A model generated the notes under the pieces. The model was given only the letters and a program-made list of their open reading frames with translations. It was not told the origin of the DNA and ran no database searches. 64,000 nucleotides of DNA from Anaerolineales bacterium. Lineage in GTDB: Bacteria > Chloroflexota > Anaerolineae > Anaerolineales > Villigracilaceae. Positions within the stretch are counted from its first letter, which is position 1; each line of letters begins with the position of its first letter. Below, piece by piece: positions 43,615 through 54,597 of the stretch. Location of the stretch: positions 144-64,143 of the forward strand of contig JADGQB010000001.1 of NCBI GenBank assembly GCA_017882145.1. The letters run 5' to 3'. The position numbers and the translations under genes are program-made.

Positions 43615-44478
43615 TTATTTAAGCAAGGAAGGGATTTCTTCCGGATAACGGGCGACTTTGACGCCAGCCGCCTCGAGGGCTTTGACCTTATCGGCGGCTG
43701 TACCGGCTCCGCCTTCAATGATGGCTCCGGCATGTCCCATGCGCTTGCCAGGAGGGGCGGTCTGTCCAGCAATGAAGGAGACAACCGGCTTGGTCATGTT
43801 CGCAGCAATGAATTGGGCTGCTTTTTCTTCGTCCGTTCCACCGATCTCGCCGATCATAACAACCATTTCGGTGCGCGGATCGCTTTCGAATAAATCCAGG
43901 CAATCTATGAAATTTGTCCCATTAATGGGATCACCGCCAATACCCACGCAGGTAGTCACCCCCATCCCATTCTGCATGAGGGCATACAGCACCTCGTACG
44001 TCAAAGTGCCGGAGCGTGAGACTACCCCTACGTTTCCAGGGATGGCAATATTATTGGGAATGATACCAACTTTCGATTCGCCGGGGGTTAACAAGCCGGG
44101 GCAGTTGGGACCCAGGAGTCTGACTTTTTTCTGGTCCAGATATTCGCGCACACGCATCATATCCTGAACCGGAACACCTTCGGTGATACAAACGATGAGG
44201 GGAATGCCGGCATCTGCAGCTTCAAACATGGCGTCTGGCGCACCGCGGGATGGCACGAAAATGACAGTAACATTTGCGCCGGTGGCATCCACCGCGGCGC
44301 GGCAGGAGTCGAACACCGGGATTTTATCGTCCAGCACCCAATCGCCGCCCTTACCGGGCGTCACCCCTGCGACAACTTTGGTTCCGTAGGCCAGCATCTG
44401 CTGAGTATGGAAGAGGCCTTCGTTGCCTGTTACGCCCTGTACCAGCAGTCGGGTTTTCTTGTTAATTAATATGCTCAT
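43615..44478 (-). CDS. sucD: Succinate--CoA ligase (ADP-forming) subunit alpha
   Basis: 287 aa with [24 protein letters not shown] and the phosphohistidine loop MGHAGAII. Confidence 0.93.
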   Translation of the reverse strand: MSILINKKTRLLVQGVTGNEGLFHTQQMLAYGTKVVAGVTPGKGGDWVLDDKIPVFDSCRAAVDATGANVTVIFVPSRGAPDAMFEAADAGIPLIVCITEGVPVQDMMRVREYLDQKKVRLLGPNCPGLLTPGESKVGIIPNNIAIPGNVGVVSRSGTLTYEVLYALMQNGMGVTTCVGIGGDPINGTNFIDCLDLFESDPRTEMVVMIGEIGGTDEEKAAQFIAANMTKPVVSFIAGQTAPPGKRMGHAGAIIEGGAGTAADKVKALEAAGVKVARYPEEIPSLLK

Positions 44479-44489
44479 TTCCTGGCCTC

Positions 44490-45623
44490 CTATGCTTTTG
44501 TTGCCGCAACAGATTTCTTGGCTGCATCCACCAATGATTCCGCGGTGATCATCTTGGCATCTGCCAGGAGCTTGCGGCCTTCTTCGGCATTCGTGCCAAC
44601 CAGCCGGACAACCATCGGAATATTCGATTTGATTTCCTTAAGAGCGCTCAAGATACCCCGGGCGACCTCGTCACAACGGGTGATGCCGCCGAAAACATTG
44701 AACAGGATCGCTTTGACATTTTTGTCCGAGAGGATGATCCGGAGCGCTGCCGCGACCTTGTCCGAACTGGCGCCGCCACCAATATCCAAAAAGTTGGCCG
44801 GTTCGCCCCCGAAGAGTTTAACGATATCCATGGTAGCCATTGCCAGGCCGGCACCGTTGACCATACAACCGATCTGTCCATCCAGTTTTATGAATGAAAG
44901 GCCATACTTGCGCGCTTCTGTCTCGATAGAGGCTTCTTCATCTACATCCCGCATCTCAGCCAGGTCAGCATGGCGGAAAAGAGCGTTATCGTCCACCAAC
45001 ATTTTGCCATCCAGCGCCATCAGATGTTTTTCTTTCAGAATAACCAGCGGGTTGATCTCAGCCAGGGTAGCATCACATTCAACGTAAGTCCGCCATAACC
45101 CCCGGCAGATTTCTGCAAACTGCTTCCAGTATTCCTTCGGCAGGTCAATGCCAACAGCGATGTCTCGGGCCTGGAAATCGCGCAAGCCCAATAGTGGATC
45201 AATGTGGATCTTGATAATTTTTTCCGGGCTAGTGCGGGCGACTTCTTCGATTTCAACACCACCGGCAGCGGAAGCCATCAAAACCGGGCGGCGGGCAGCG
45301 CGGTCGTTGGTTATGCCCAGGTAGATTTCCTGATCGATATTGGCGGCTTCATCCACCAGTACTTTTCTTACCGGCAGGCCTTTGATTTCCATGGCAAGAA
45401 TTTGCGTGGCAAACTCTTCTGCTTCTTTTGATGACTTGGCAACGCGGATTCCGCCGGCTTTGCCACGGCCTCCGACCAATACCTGGGATTTAATGACAAC
45501 GCGGCCACCAAGTTCCTCGGCAATATGCCGTGCCTCGGAAGCGGTAGCCGCGACCCGACCCTTAGGGATTGGGATGCCATATTTGGCAAAAATAAGTTTG
45601 GACTGATATTCGTGGAGTTTCAT
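44490..45623 (-). CDS. sucC: Succinate--CoA ligase (ADP-forming) subunit beta
   Basis: 377 aa with MKLHEYQSK..., an ATP-grasp domain and [13 protein letters not shown]-like [15 protein letters not shown]. Confidence 0.93.
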   Translation of the reverse strand: MKLHEYQSKLIFAKYGIPIPKGRVAATASEARHIAEELGGRVVIKSQVLVGGRGKAGGIRVAKSSKEAEEFATQILAMEIKGLPVRKVLVDEAANIDQEIYLGITNDRAARRPVLMASAAGGVEIEEVARTSPEKIIKIHIDPLLGLRDFQARDIAVGIDLPKEYWKQFAEICRGLWRTYVECDATLAEINPLVILKEKHLMALDGKMLVDDNALFRHADLAEMRDVDEEASIETEARKYGLSFIKLDGQIGCMVNGAGLAMATMDIVKLFGGEPANFLDIGGGASSDKVAAALRIILSDKNVKAILFNVFGGITRCDEVARGILSALKEIKSNIPMVVRLVGTNAEEGRKLLADAKMITAESLVDAAKKSVAATKA

Positions 45624-45781
45624 GCAGTTACCTCTCCATAACTAATGTGGATTAAGCATGTTTCAGCGCGCAAGGAATAATGCATTGCACTTAAGTTTAT
45701 ATCTTCAATTCTACACCGTTTGTGTAATAATCAAATCAGAAATGCGAACGTTATATGGATTCTATACGCTCTAAAATAAAA

Positions 45782-48700
45782 TCATGGCAGCGTGAACCGC
45801 ATCAAGCGATTATTAGCCGAATCGCTAACCCAGATCCGTCCCTGGTTATCTACGGTAATTCCAGACGGTAAACCAAAGTTCACAGTTCCGTTACCAGACG
45901 AACCCCAGGCGCGGACAAATTCTCCGCCGGAAGTGAATTCGAGCACTCGGAAGGAGTCGGGATCGGTCGCAAAGATATGTCCTTGCTGGTCTATTGCAAT
46001 ATATGGTTTATTATCCAATGATTGGCTGAACCAGCCTGCGATATCCCATTGAAGTGATGGGGTGTAATTCGACTTATCTGAGCTGGGCGAGAAAACCTGG
46101 ACGCGCTGATTCCATGTATCCGCTACGTATAAGTTACCACCGCCATCAAACGCCAGACCGACCGGTTCATCAAACTGCCCGGCCCCGGCGCCTTGTCCGC
46201 CGAATTGGGAGAGAAAATTCCCATCTGAATCATAAATCACGATGCGCTTATTACCGGTATCCGCCACAAGTACGTGTCCTTGTGAGTCGACCGCAATGCC
46301 GCGTGGACCCCATAATCCAAATGGACCGCTCGAAACCGGATCGTAGTTGGGAGTTCCCCAACTCGTAACCGGTGTGCCGTCTGATGAGAGCTTTTGAATG
46401 CGGTGATTCCAAGTATCGGCCACATATACCCATTTGCCATCCGGGGAAACGGCGACAGCCCAAGGTTCGCAGAAGGTACCGAGCGGTAAATTTGGAGGAG
46501 GATTTGCAGAAGGGCAGCCCGGCGACGCCTTGCCGAAACTTTGGATAAGATTGCCGGATGCATTAAAGTGCTGGATGCGATTGTTGCGGGAATCGGCCAC
46601 GTACAAGCTGCCATCCGGAGCGACAACCAAGCCACGCGGCGTATTGAGCTGACCATTTCCGCTGCCGGCGGTTCCGAACACGAGATCGGCCGGTTGGATA
46701 ATCAGCCCTTTTTCATAAGGATCAGCCTGGAGTTGGGCGACCTGGGTAATGCCATATTCCCACATTTGTGCAGCAATATCTTTACGGATGAACAATTCCA
46801 TTTTAGCGGACGGCTGCCAGTCGGGCAGGGTCAGGCCGCTTTTGCCAGTCACCCTGGCATATTCTGAATAATCCCGGTTGAGCCAGATTTGAAGAATGGC
46901 CTCCCGCATTGACGGGTTTGTTATTGCATTCCTTAGTCGCGGCCAGGTAAGAGCGAAATAATCCTGGTTCGGCCAGACCATCCGGATGTAATTTAGCTGA
47001 TAATAGTTGTTACTTACGATTGGTTTGATCTTTTCAAAGTTTTGCTGATCGACGATGATGACTGGAATATTACTCAGGCTTTCATCTGGATTTTCGAATG
47101 GGGCCGCGTTAGGATAGTTCCGCAAATACCACTTAAATGACCAGGAGACACCCTGGTTGGGTAGATTGTTGTCATATGCGATTTGGAGATTTTGCTCTCC
47201 GGAAATACGACTCGAAATTGTGGATATCTGGTCCATGACATCTTGAATACCGGTGGCGCCATGCGCGTAAACCAAATATTCAGTGGCATCATTCGGATGG
47301 ATGAAGGCTGCGCGGATGGCTGTCCGGGCGGTCAGAATCGCCAATAGGGCGAAAACAACCAGTGCAGTAATCCGAAATACATCTTTGACCTGCCAACCGG
47401 ATAGGAAATAAAACAATCCTCCCGCAGAAGCAATCATTATCCCTGCTGAAAGCAGGAACGCACCCGTGGCAGTTAATTGTTCCAGGGTCCTGCCCTGGAA
47501 GGCAGGCTGCGCGCCGATTGCTGATACCAGGACCCCAGCTAATCCAATAAAAAGAGTGGTCAACAGGATGATGACCGACCCTCCGCGGCTTTCAATGAAT
47601 TTTTTCCAGTTAGTCCGCTCGATGATTTGACCTAAAGCCCAGCCTGACAAAAGGATCATCGGCAAAGTGATATGGACAGTCAACCAGGGCATTTTTTCCC
47701 CGGCCATGGTGTAAGCCAGCACGCTACTAATAGCCCACCACATCAATAATGGAAAGGTGTAATTCCCTTCATTTATTTCTGGTACGTTTATCGAATCAAC
47801 CAAAGCTGGGTTCAAGCTGACTTCGGGAATAATAGCGCTACCTTGTCCGTTGGACTCATCCATGGCGAGCATGGCAGGTGATTTTCTACGTAGACCGAAG
47901 TAGGCCGCCAACAAGAGTCCCATAGCCGGGAGAAATTCATAGATTGGTATCTGGATAAGCAGGTAGTAATACCAAGGTTGATCTCCGCGGTGCACGCCCT
48001 GTTGTTGCAGCCAATAACCGAGTGAGCCTACCGTACCGGTGAAAAACCCCTGCCAGTTGGTAAACACGCTGGTGTAAAAGAATACGTAAACACTCCAGAA
48101 TAGGGCGGCATACAGGATCCAATATTTCCTATTCCATAATAAACCAATACCAATTGACGCCAGGCTTAGAACGAGGAATACCGCGGCAGTTCGCACCGGC
48201 GCCTGTGCCCAGAGTGCAGAAAGATTCCAACCTGGCCAATGGAATTGATAATCCAGTGGATTCCATCCGAGCGCTGTGACCGGGAATGCAGCCAATTGTG
48301 GGAGTACGAAGGTGCCAAGAAGGATCAACATGTCGAACGATCGTTCCCGGCACAAATTTTTCCAACCATAACCAACAAGCAGCAGAATGGCTGCAATAAG
48401 GAAGGCACAACATGCGACGATCAGCAGCGTCGAGACGGAGGACAATTGTTTAATTAGCGAGGCTGTGGCACCCGGAAGTTGTCCCGGAATAATCGGCGAG
48501 GCAGTCTGAGACGCATCTGAAGCGACCTGGGTGCGGTTGTAGATTGTCAGGCCCAGTGCGGAGCCTGCCACCAGGATTCCTATGGATAAGGCAATCAGGA
48601 AACCATTCAGAATCGCATTATTTTTCCAATGAGCCCGACTAACTCGATTGATGAGGTAGACAGCCAGGAAGAGCATTGCCTGGGCGGTGTAAATAAAGGC

Positions 48701-49288
48701 AGTTTCTTTGGATGTAAAATGTAAAACTGTGGCGATAGTAAGCAGGATCAGATAGCGTTTTTTGCCTGTCTCCAGATAGCGCAAGATTGCGTAGAGCGTC
48801 AATAAGAAGAATACGCCAATAAATGCCTCATTGCGGGTATACCGGCCGTAATAAAGCATGAAAGGGGAGATGAGGGTGAGGGCTGCAGCTACAAGCGTGC
48901 CTGCCCGGCCCAGATACCGCCGCCATTTCCAGAGCAACAGAATCGTCAAAATGCTCGCAATCGCTTGAGGAAAGCGCGCCGTGAAATCACTGGCCCCAAA
49001 AAATAAGTAAATGAGAGCTAGTAAATGGAACTGTAATGGCCCGTGCATTAGCGGCGTATGCTGGTACCCCTTGCCAATCGAAAAAAGCCATGAGAAATAC
49101 GTATGGAGATTCTCATCGTGGCTCATCACGCGTGCCCCCAGGTTGTAAAGGCGGCTTACAATTGCCAGAATTATTATGAGAGTAAAGATTAACATTTCCC
49201 CGGTCAGTGCAGGAAAGATTGAGAAAATAGGGCGATCGAGCCAGGAATGATTTCTGTTTTCGGGAGTGGCAGACATGTGCAGTGGCAC
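45782..49288 (-). CDS. Large polytopic PMT/ArnT-like (GT-C fold) membrane protein fused to a C-terminal NHL-repeat beta-propeller
   Basis: 1168 aa. The N-terminal ~750 aa have many TM helices and a PMT_2-like start (RLYNLGARVMSHDENLH...). The C-terminal ~330 aa carry repeated NHL units: YVADSRNNRIQHF, YVADTWNHRIQKL, VADTGNKRIVIY, YVADTWNQRVQVF, VSDSANNRLMRF. Confidence 0.75.
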   Translation of the reverse strand: MPLHMSATPENRNHSWLDRPIFSIFPALTGEMLIFTLIIILAIVSRLYNLGARVMSHDENLHTYFSWLFSIGKGYQHTPLMHGPLQFHLLALIYLFFGASDFTARFPQAIASILTILLLWKWRRYLGRAGTLVAAALTLISPFMLYYGRYTRNEAFIGVFFLLTLYAILRYLETGKKRYLILLTIATVLHFTSKETAFIYTAQAMLFLAVYLINRVSRAHWKNNAILNGFLIALSIGILVAGSALGLTIYNRTQVASDASQTASPIIPGQLPGATASLIKQLSSVSTLLIVACCAFLIAAILLLVGYGWKNLCRERSFDMLILLGTFVLPQLAAFPVTALGWNPLDYQFHWPGWNLSALWAQAPVRTAAVFLVLSLASIGIGLLWNRKYWILYAALFWSVYVFFYTSVFTNWQGFFTGTVGSLGYWLQQQGVHRGDQPWYYYLLIQIPIYEFLPAMGLLLAAYFGLRRKSPAMLAMDESNGQGSAIIPEVSLNPALVDSINVPEINEGNYTFPLLMWWAISSVLAYTMAGEKMPWLTVHITLPMILLSGWALGQIIERTNWKKFIESRGGSVIILLTTLFIGLAGVLVSAIGAQPAFQGRTLEQLTATGAFLLSAGIMIASAGGLFYFLSGWQVKDVFRITALVVFALLAILTARTAIRAAFIHPNDATEYLVYAHGATGIQDVMDQISTISSRISGEQNLQIAYDNNLPNQGVSWSFKWYLRNYPNAAPFENPDESLSNIPVIIVDQQNFEKIKPIVSNNYYQLNYIRMVWPNQDYFALTWPRLRNAITNPSMREAILQIWLNRDYSEYARVTGKSGLTLPDWQPSAKMELFIRKDIAAQMWEYGITQVAQLQADPYEKGLIIQPADLVFGTAGSGNGQLNTPRGLVVAPDGSLYVADSRNNRIQHFNASGNLIQSFGKASPGCPSANPPPNLPLGTFCEPWAVAVSPDGKWVYVADTWNHRIQKLSSDGTPVTSWGTPNYDPVSSGPFGLWGPRGIAVDSQGHVLVADTGNKRIVIYDSDGNFLSQFGGQGAGAGQFDEPVGLAFDGGGNLYVADTWNQRVQVFSPSSDKSNYTPSLQWDIAGWFSQSLDNKPYIAIDQQGHIFATDPDSFRVLEFTSGGEFVRAWGSSGNGTVNFGLPSGITVDNQGRIWVSDSANNRLMRFTLP

Positions 49289-49395
49289 CTGTATTGGTTT
49301 TGGATTTGTCTAGGATACTTCAAACTGACAAATCTAGCAAGCATGAGCCTAGTTTAATTGAGTATTGCGTGTAGCCACTAACCTATAATATAACT

Positions 49396-50436
49396 TTAGA
49401 ACTGAATAGCCAATTGACCGCATCCGGCTTGAATATCTATCCCACGTCGCAAGCGAATGGTGCAGGGTATCCCAGATTGTTCGAGAATTTCCTTGAATTT
49501 ATCGGCCCGCTCACGGGTGGTAGCCTGGCCGGAGTAACCCCGGGTTGGGTTAAGGGGGATGGCATTAACATGACAAAGCAAACCTTTGAGTTTTCTAGCC
49601 AACAAACGCGCCTGCTCAGGTGTGTCGTTAACTCCATTGACAAGCGCCCATTCAAAGCTGATACGACGTCCGGTCATAGCGACGTATTCGCGGCAGGCAT
49701 CGAGTAATTCATCGATCGGATAGCGCTTGTTCACCGGTAACATGGAAGTACGAAGATTGTCATCTGCCGCATGCAGGGATATAGCCAGGTTGACCTGCCG
49801 CTTTTCAAGAGCGAAACGTCGAATGGCTGGTACCAGACCAACAGTCGAGATGGTAAACCGGCGTGCTCCGAAGTTGTAACCTTCCGGTTCATTCAGCCGG
49901 TCAATGGCGGCCATGAGATTGTCGTAGTTGTGGAAAGGTTCTCCCATGCCCATCACGACTATGTTGGTTACAGAAGCAGCTTCATCGTGCAGCAGTCGGG
50001 CGTAATACATCACCTGGGCAACGATTTCCCCACTGGAGAGGTGACGTTTAAAGCCCATCTGTCCGGTAGCACAGAAGACACAGCCCATCGCACAGCCTAC
50101 CTGGGTGGAAATGCACAAAGTATTGCGCTTCTCATAGCGCATAAGCACGGCCTCGATGCCCTTACCATCCTGTAAACGAAAAAGAGTCTTCACCGTCTGC
50201 CCGTCGGAAGAATTGAGGGTAGAGACAGGTGCAAGGACCTTAAATTGAATCTTCTCAGCCAACTGGGAACGCAACGATGTGGGGAAGTTAGTGAACAATT
50301 CCGGAGAATTCCAAAACTGTTGGTACAGACCCTGCCAAAGTTGGCGGGCACGGTACGCGGGCTCGTCCCAATCGTTCAATAAGGAAGTAAGTTCGGGGAA
50401 CGTTAGATCATATATCTGAATTGACATCCAGATCAC
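49396..50436 (-). CDS. rlmN: 23S rRNA/tRNA adenine-C2 methyltransferase RlmN (radical SAM)
   Basis: Radical SAM cluster motif [12 protein letters not shown] plus GMGEP. GTG 50436 overlaps the upstream stop (GTGA). ATG 50427 (MSIQIYDL) is an equally plausible start. Confidence 0.9.
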   Translation of the reverse strand: MIWMSIQIYDLTFPELTSLLNDWDEPAYRARQLWQGLYQQFWNSPELFTNFPTSLRSQLAEKIQFKVLAPVSTLNSSDGQTVKTLFRLQDGKGIEAVLMRYEKRNTLCISTQVGCAMGCVFCATGQMGFKRHLSSGEIVAQVMYYARLLHDEAASVTNIVVMGMGEPFHNYDNLMAAIDRLNEPEGYNFGARRFTISTVGLVPAIRRFALEKRQVNLAISLHAADDNLRTSMLPVNKRYPIDELLDACREYVAMTGRRISFEWALVNGVNDTPEQARLLARKLKGLLCHVNAIPLNPTRGYSGQATTRERADKFKEILEQSGIPCTIRLRRGIDIQAGCGQLAIQF

Positions 50437-51227
50437 TCTACCAGTCGAGCCAGATCCCGGGCAATTACATCAACTTTGGGTTTCCAGATCTGGGCCTGTT
50501 CCAGTTGACTTACACCACTTAATACCAGGGCCACCCGGCAACCAGCCGCCTGTCCTCCTCCAATATCCGTTTCCAACCGGTCGCCTACCACCAGGGTTTG
50601 TTCCCTGGTCGTGCCGAGACGCTCTCGCGCTATATCAAGTAGATATGGAGCGGGTTTTCCGGCGTAGATTGGTCCGATACCAGTAGCCGTGACAATCACC
50701 GCAATCCAGGCGCCTGCACCGGGGACTTCACCGCGGGGGGTGGGGAAGGTTTTATCCGGATTGGTGGCGTAGAAAGGCACACCGCGCCGCACCAGCAAGG
50801 TGGCCTCGCGCATTTTTTCATAATTAATTTGCCAGTCGACACCCATTACCACGGCTTGTGCTTTTGGTGCATCTTCTATGGATAAAAGCTCGAAGCCACA
50901 TTGGCGTAATGCAGCCATCACACCTTGACCGCCGATAGCAAATATTGGTCCGCCGGAGGGAAATTTCTGTGAGAGAAGATTGGCCACCCCCAATGCTGAT
51001 GTTATTATCTGCCAGGGTTCTACAGCAACACCGAGTTTGGCCAAGCGTTCGGCATATTGATCCGGTGTTTGAGTTCCATTGTTGGTAGCGAAGGCCACTT
51101 TTAGACCGCGTGCGCGGATTCGGTCGAAGATGGCGGGCAAATCACCAATCGGTTCGTCTGTTTTCCACAGAACGCCATCCATATCGAGAATGAGCGATTT
51201 GACATCAGCCGGCAGAAGATCAGTCAT
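50433..51227 (-). CDS. HAD-superfamily hydrolase, subfamily IIA (NagD-like sugar phosphatase)
   Basis: Preferred ATG is 51227 ([21 protein letters not shown]). Motifs ATNN and GDRLETDI. It overlaps the upstream DUF1028 stop by 8 nt. Confidence 0.8.
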   Translation of the reverse strand: MTDLLPADVKSLILDMDGVLWKTDEPIGDLPAIFDRIRARGLKVAFATNNGTQTPDQYAERLAKLGVAVEPWQIITSALGVANLLSQKFPSGGPIFAIGGQGVMAALRQCGFELLSIEDAPKAQAVVMGVDWQINYEKMREATLLVRRGVPFYATNPDKTFPTPRGEVPGAGAWIAVIVTATGIGPIYAGKPAPYLLDIARERLGTTREQTLVVGDRLETDIGGGQAAGCRVALVLSGVSQLEQAQIWKPKVDVIARDLARLVE

Positions 51228-52101
51228 CCTGGCTTCCAAACTTATCCACAAGAAAATCAAAAACGGGCTGGTCGATCCAGCCTGCTACTAGGTCACAACG
51301 CTCTTCAAAGTTTTCATTTCCAATGAAGGCAATCAAAGCGGTACGCGTTGCTTCATCCATCTGTCCAAGAGTCGGGCCCTGGTAATATCCCGCGTCTGCA
51401 AGGATCTGCTGTAACCTGATAAGCACTTCACCGCTTATGGCAAGGCGTTCGGACTCCGGACTCTTGCCAAAATAGAGCTGGTGCATTTGGAGCAATTCCC
51501 CCAGGCGAGTAACGGGGTCAAAATGGTCATCGACGCGGTAATCGATCCACCGGTCAATAAAACCGCCGTAGCCACCTTGCGGTTTAACCACATAGATGGC
51601 TGCACTTTGGCGGCCGCGCCGGTCGCCACCGGCTTTATCCCCGGCTAATAAGGCTTCGTAGAGGCGCACCGGTAATTCACCCTCTGTCTCCAGGAAGTTC
51701 TTTTGCATGGCTGTGACAACTTGATCACCAACAAGGATGTTGCCCTGAATGGAATAGCCGGAGCCTGTCACTCCACCGGCCCAGTCATTACAAACCTTGC
51801 CTGTGAATGAGGCAGACCCGCCATGCCTATCCACAATTCCAACCTGCCGGTGCTCGCGTTCCGGATCATCGGCGAGCAGCCTGGAGAGCGTTTCTTCAGC
51901 TGATATACCGGTTGCCAGCAATTCCAGTCCGCGCGGTCCGAAGGATGTATTGGCAAATGCCTGTGTGGCGATTGCTCCGGTGCCTGCCTGTGCCCAAGGA
52001 ACCACTGCTCCGACTGCGGGAAATTTAGATGCAACCGCCACTCCCCAGGTTTTTGCATCAGGGTCACAAGCAACTATGGAGAACGTGGACGGGTAAACCA
52101 T
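51220..52101 (-). CDS. DUF1028-family (Ntn-hydrolase-fold) protein with C-terminal peptidoglycan-binding-like repeat
   Basis: ATG 52101 is preceded by AGGAGA. The N-terminus MVYPSTFSIVACD matches the DUF1028 TFSIV nucleophile region. The C-terminal LQQILADAGYYQGPTLGQMDEATRTALIAF resembles PG_binding_1. Confidence 0.7.
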   Translation of the reverse strand: MVYPSTFSIVACDPDAKTWGVAVASKFPAVGAVVPWAQAGTGAIATQAFANTSFGPRGLELLATGISAEETLSRLLADDPEREHRQVGIVDRHGGSASFTGKVCNDWAGGVTGSGYSIQGNILVGDQVVTAMQKNFLETEGELPVRLYEALLAGDKAGGDRRGRQSAAIYVVKPQGGYGGFIDRWIDYRVDDHFDPVTRLGELLQMHQLYFGKSPESERLAISGEVLIRLQQILADAGYYQGPTLGQMDEATRTALIAFIGNENFEERCDLVAGWIDQPVFDFLVDKFGSQDD

Positions 52102-52185
52102 GTTATTCTCCTGATGGAAAAGGCCGGACAGACAACATCCGGCCAAAAAAACGTGTTGGGGCAATCCATATTGCCCCAACGGGTG

Positions 52186-52791
52186 TTATTTCTTCTTTGG
52201 TATTTCGAGGACCTGGTCGACCAACCCGTATTCCACTGCCTGCGTGGCATCCAGGTAGAAATCTCGTTCAGTATCCTGTTTAATGACATCCACAGATTTT
52301 CCGGTATGCCTCGCCATTATGTCATTCAAGAGCGTCCGCAAGCGCAGGATTTGCTTGGTTTGGATTTCAATATCTGTAGCCTGTCCCTGGGCGCCGCCCA
52401 GCGGCTGATGCATATGGATGGTGGCGTTTGGTAAAGCATACCGGCGGCCTTTCGTGCCGGCGGTCAACAATACGGTCCCAAACGAGGCAGTCACGCCAAC
52501 TGCCACGGTACTGATTGGATTGGAGATCATCTGCATCGTGTCGTAGATGGCGAGGCCTGAGTAGATCACGCCGCCAGGCGAGTTAATATACATCTGGATT
52601 TCACGTTCAGAGTCTTCGCGGTTCAGAAATAACAGTTGTGCAACGATAACATTGGCGACATTATCATCAATCGGAGTGCCTAAAAAGATAATGCGCTCCT
52701 TGAGCAGGAGTGAGTAGATATCGTATGCGCGCTCGCCGCGCCCCGAAGATTCAATAACCATCGGGATAACACTTTTTGGATCGGGAATCAT
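52186..52791 (-). CDS. clpP: ATP-dependent Clp protease proteolytic subunit
   Basis: 201 aa with [21 protein letters not shown], catalytic Ser in VGVTASFG and His in IHMHQP. Confidence 0.93.
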   Translation of the reverse strand: MIPDPKSVIPMVIESSGRGERAYDIYSLLLKERIIFLGTPIDDNVANVIVAQLLFLNREDSEREIQMYINSPGGVIYSGLAIYDTMQMISNPISTVAVGVTASFGTVLLTAGTKGRRYALPNATIHMHQPLGGAQGQATDIEIQTKQILRLRTLLNDIMARHTGKSVDVIKQDTERDFYLDATQAVEYGLVDQVLEIPKKK

Positions 52792-52829
52792 TTTTACTCC
52801 ATTTCTCTAGCTGTAAAACAGTGGATAAA

Positions 52830-54374
52830 TTATTTCGTGCTGGTTTTATCCTCTTCTGGTGAAGGGGTAGAACTTGCAGCTTTCTTAGTGGTTCCGGTCG
52901 GCTTTTTCGCTTTCGGGCTGGTTCGAGCAACGGCAGACAACGCCTTATCAGCAGTTTTCTTTGCAGATGCAGATTTTTTCGGTGCAGCCTTTTTGAGCTT
53001 ACCTTTTTCTTCGGAGGGGCTTTCGCTGGGCAGCTCGGGTGCCTGGCCAATGGCGATATCCTTCAACCGGTTGAGGGTCTGCTGGACATAGGCCCGGTTG
53101 GCGGACTCCATTGCAACAGCATTCATCAATTGCTTGGGCGGTTGTGCTTTACCGCGTGTCATTTTTTTGAAACTGGAATCTCCCTGGAATTCACCCCAGG
53201 TCTGTTGGAATGAAGATTGCAGCATATCCTGGCTTACTTCGATCTTTTCGAGTTTGGCTACCTCGTCCATCACCAGCGAGCGCTCCAGCCGCTTTACCGC
53301 GATGGGCCTGGCTTCCTCGGCGATGAATTTTTCTTCATCCATTTCGCGTGACTTCAAATAGGCAGCCATATCCAGGTTTTGACCCGCAAGGCGCGACTTC
53401 AAATCTTCCATAACGTGCTCTACTTCGTGGTCAACCACCTGCGGTGGAAATTTAATAGTGGCACCCTCTTTGATTTTTTCCATCAACGTGGCGAAGTATT
53501 CATCGTCATACTGGGCTTTGGATTGGGTCGCCAGGTTGGCTTTCATCGCATCGCGCAGGGCTTGCATGTTCTCAAAAGGCCCGGCTTGTTTGGCGAACTC
53601 ATCGTTCAGTTCCGGCAAGGTGCTTCCGCGCACCAATTTAACCGTTACGTCGAAATTGACCGTTTGGCCTTTGATGGTATCGTCCTTATCATCTTTCTTG
53701 AATTTGTGGCTGAATGTCTTGCTTTCTGTTGCACTCAATCCAACCAGCTCATTCGAGAACCCCGGGAATGGAAATTCTTCGGCTTTCTCATCGTTGCGGA
53801 TAAAAACAGGAAGACCGGGGCGATCCATTAAAGGTTTTTCCCCTTCTAGTGCCTTAGCCTTAGTGCCCTTCAAATCGATCATTACAAAATCGCCTTTTTG
53901 GATGGGCCGTTCAACCGCTTCCGTCTTCGCATACATCTGGCGAAGTTCTTCGATGGATTCTTCCACCTTTTCTTCGCCAGGTTCAGCCCATTCGTAAGGT
54001 AACCGAATTGAGCGATATTCTCCCAACTGGACAACTGGCGCAAGCGGGACTGTGAAAGTGAATTTCGGATTCTTATCAAGATCCTCGACTTTTTCCAGCG
54101 AACCAGACGCACCCGGGTCCAATTTGGCTTCCTCAATGGCTTTCGGATAGACTTCATCTAGAAGGATATCGACGGCATCTTCAGCAATAACACCTTCACC
54201 AAAACTGCGTACAACTACTTCGTAAGGTGCTTTCCCGGGACGAAATCCTGGGATAGCCTTGCGTTCAGAAATACGCCGGGCCGCGCGATGCTTGGCCCCT
54301 TCCATCTGCTCGGGTTCAAGTTCAACGATCAAAGTGACCTGGTGGTCTTCACGGGGTTGAGTTTCGATTTTCAA
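52830..54374 (-). CDS. tig: Trigger factor with Lys/Ala/Ser/Pro-rich C-terminal extension
   Basis: TTG start at 54374 (MKIETQPRED), preceded by AGAGGA. It has the ribosome-binding motif region GFRPGKAP and an FKBP-like middle domain. The listed ORF to 54491 runs through the tRNA-Leu gene, so I trimmed it. Confidence 0.88.
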   Translation of the reverse strand: MKIETQPREDHQVTLIVELEPEQMEGAKHRAARRISERKAIPGFRPGKAPYEVVVRSFGEGVIAEDAVDILLDEVYPKAIEEAKLDPGASGSLEKVEDLDKNPKFTFTVPLAPVVQLGEYRSIRLPYEWAEPGEEKVEESIEELRQMYAKTEAVERPIQKGDFVMIDLKGTKAKALEGEKPLMDRPGLPVFIRNDEKAEEFPFPGFSNELVGLSATESKTFSHKFKKDDKDDTIKGQTVNFDVTVKLVRGSTLPELNDEFAKQAGPFENMQALRDAMKANLATQSKAQYDDEYFATLMEKIKEGATIKFPPQVVDHEVEHVMEDLKSRLAGQNLDMAAYLKSREMDEEKFIAEEARPIAVKRLERSLVMDEVAKLEKIEVSQDMLQSSFQQTWGEFQGDSSFKKMTRGKAQPPKQLMNAVAMESANRAYVQQTLNRLKDIAIGQAPELPSESPSEEKGKLKKAAPKKSASAKKTADKALSAVARTSPKAKKPTGTTKKAASSTPSPEEDKTSTK

Positions 54375-54415
54375 AGCTAATTCCTCTTTTTTATGAATGG
54401 TTTCATGGTGAAGTG

Positions 54416-54497
54416 TGGGGAAGACGGGACTTGAACCCGTACGCCTTGCGGCACAAAATCCTAAGTCTTGCGCGTCTGCCAATTCCGCCACTTCCCC
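54416..54497 (-). tRNA. tRNA-Leu (anticodon TAG)
   Basis: Minus-strand sequence is GGGGAAGTGGCGGAATTGGCAGACGCGCAAGACTTAGGATTTTGTGCCGCAAGGCGTACGGGTTCAAGTCCCGTCTTCCCCA. Acceptor stem GGGGAAG/CTTCCCC. Anticodon loop CTTAGGA. Long variable arm. T-arm GGTTCAAGTCC. CCA is not encoded. Confidence 0.9.
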
Positions 54498-54597
54498 GGA
54501 ACTGCAAGATTATAAGCGTAAGGGGGGAGTGCGTCAATCAATGGGGCATCAACGTTAACCTTTTGCTTACGGTAGAAATTACGAAGTTTTTTGGCGG

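Noticed and set aside
52186-52791. Absence of clpX after clpP, and a lone acpP (43281-43523) without fab genes, as anomalies
   Set aside because: Both are common lineage-specific variations in gene order. On their own they are not evidence of anything unusual.
54375-54491. The N-terminal 39 codons of the listed trigger-factor ORF (MAELADAQDLGFCAARRTGSSPVFPT...)
   Set aside because: This stretch is the translation of tRNA-Leu (54416-54497). A TTG start with an AGAGGA RBS at 54374 gives the canonical MKIETQ trigger-factor N-terminus.
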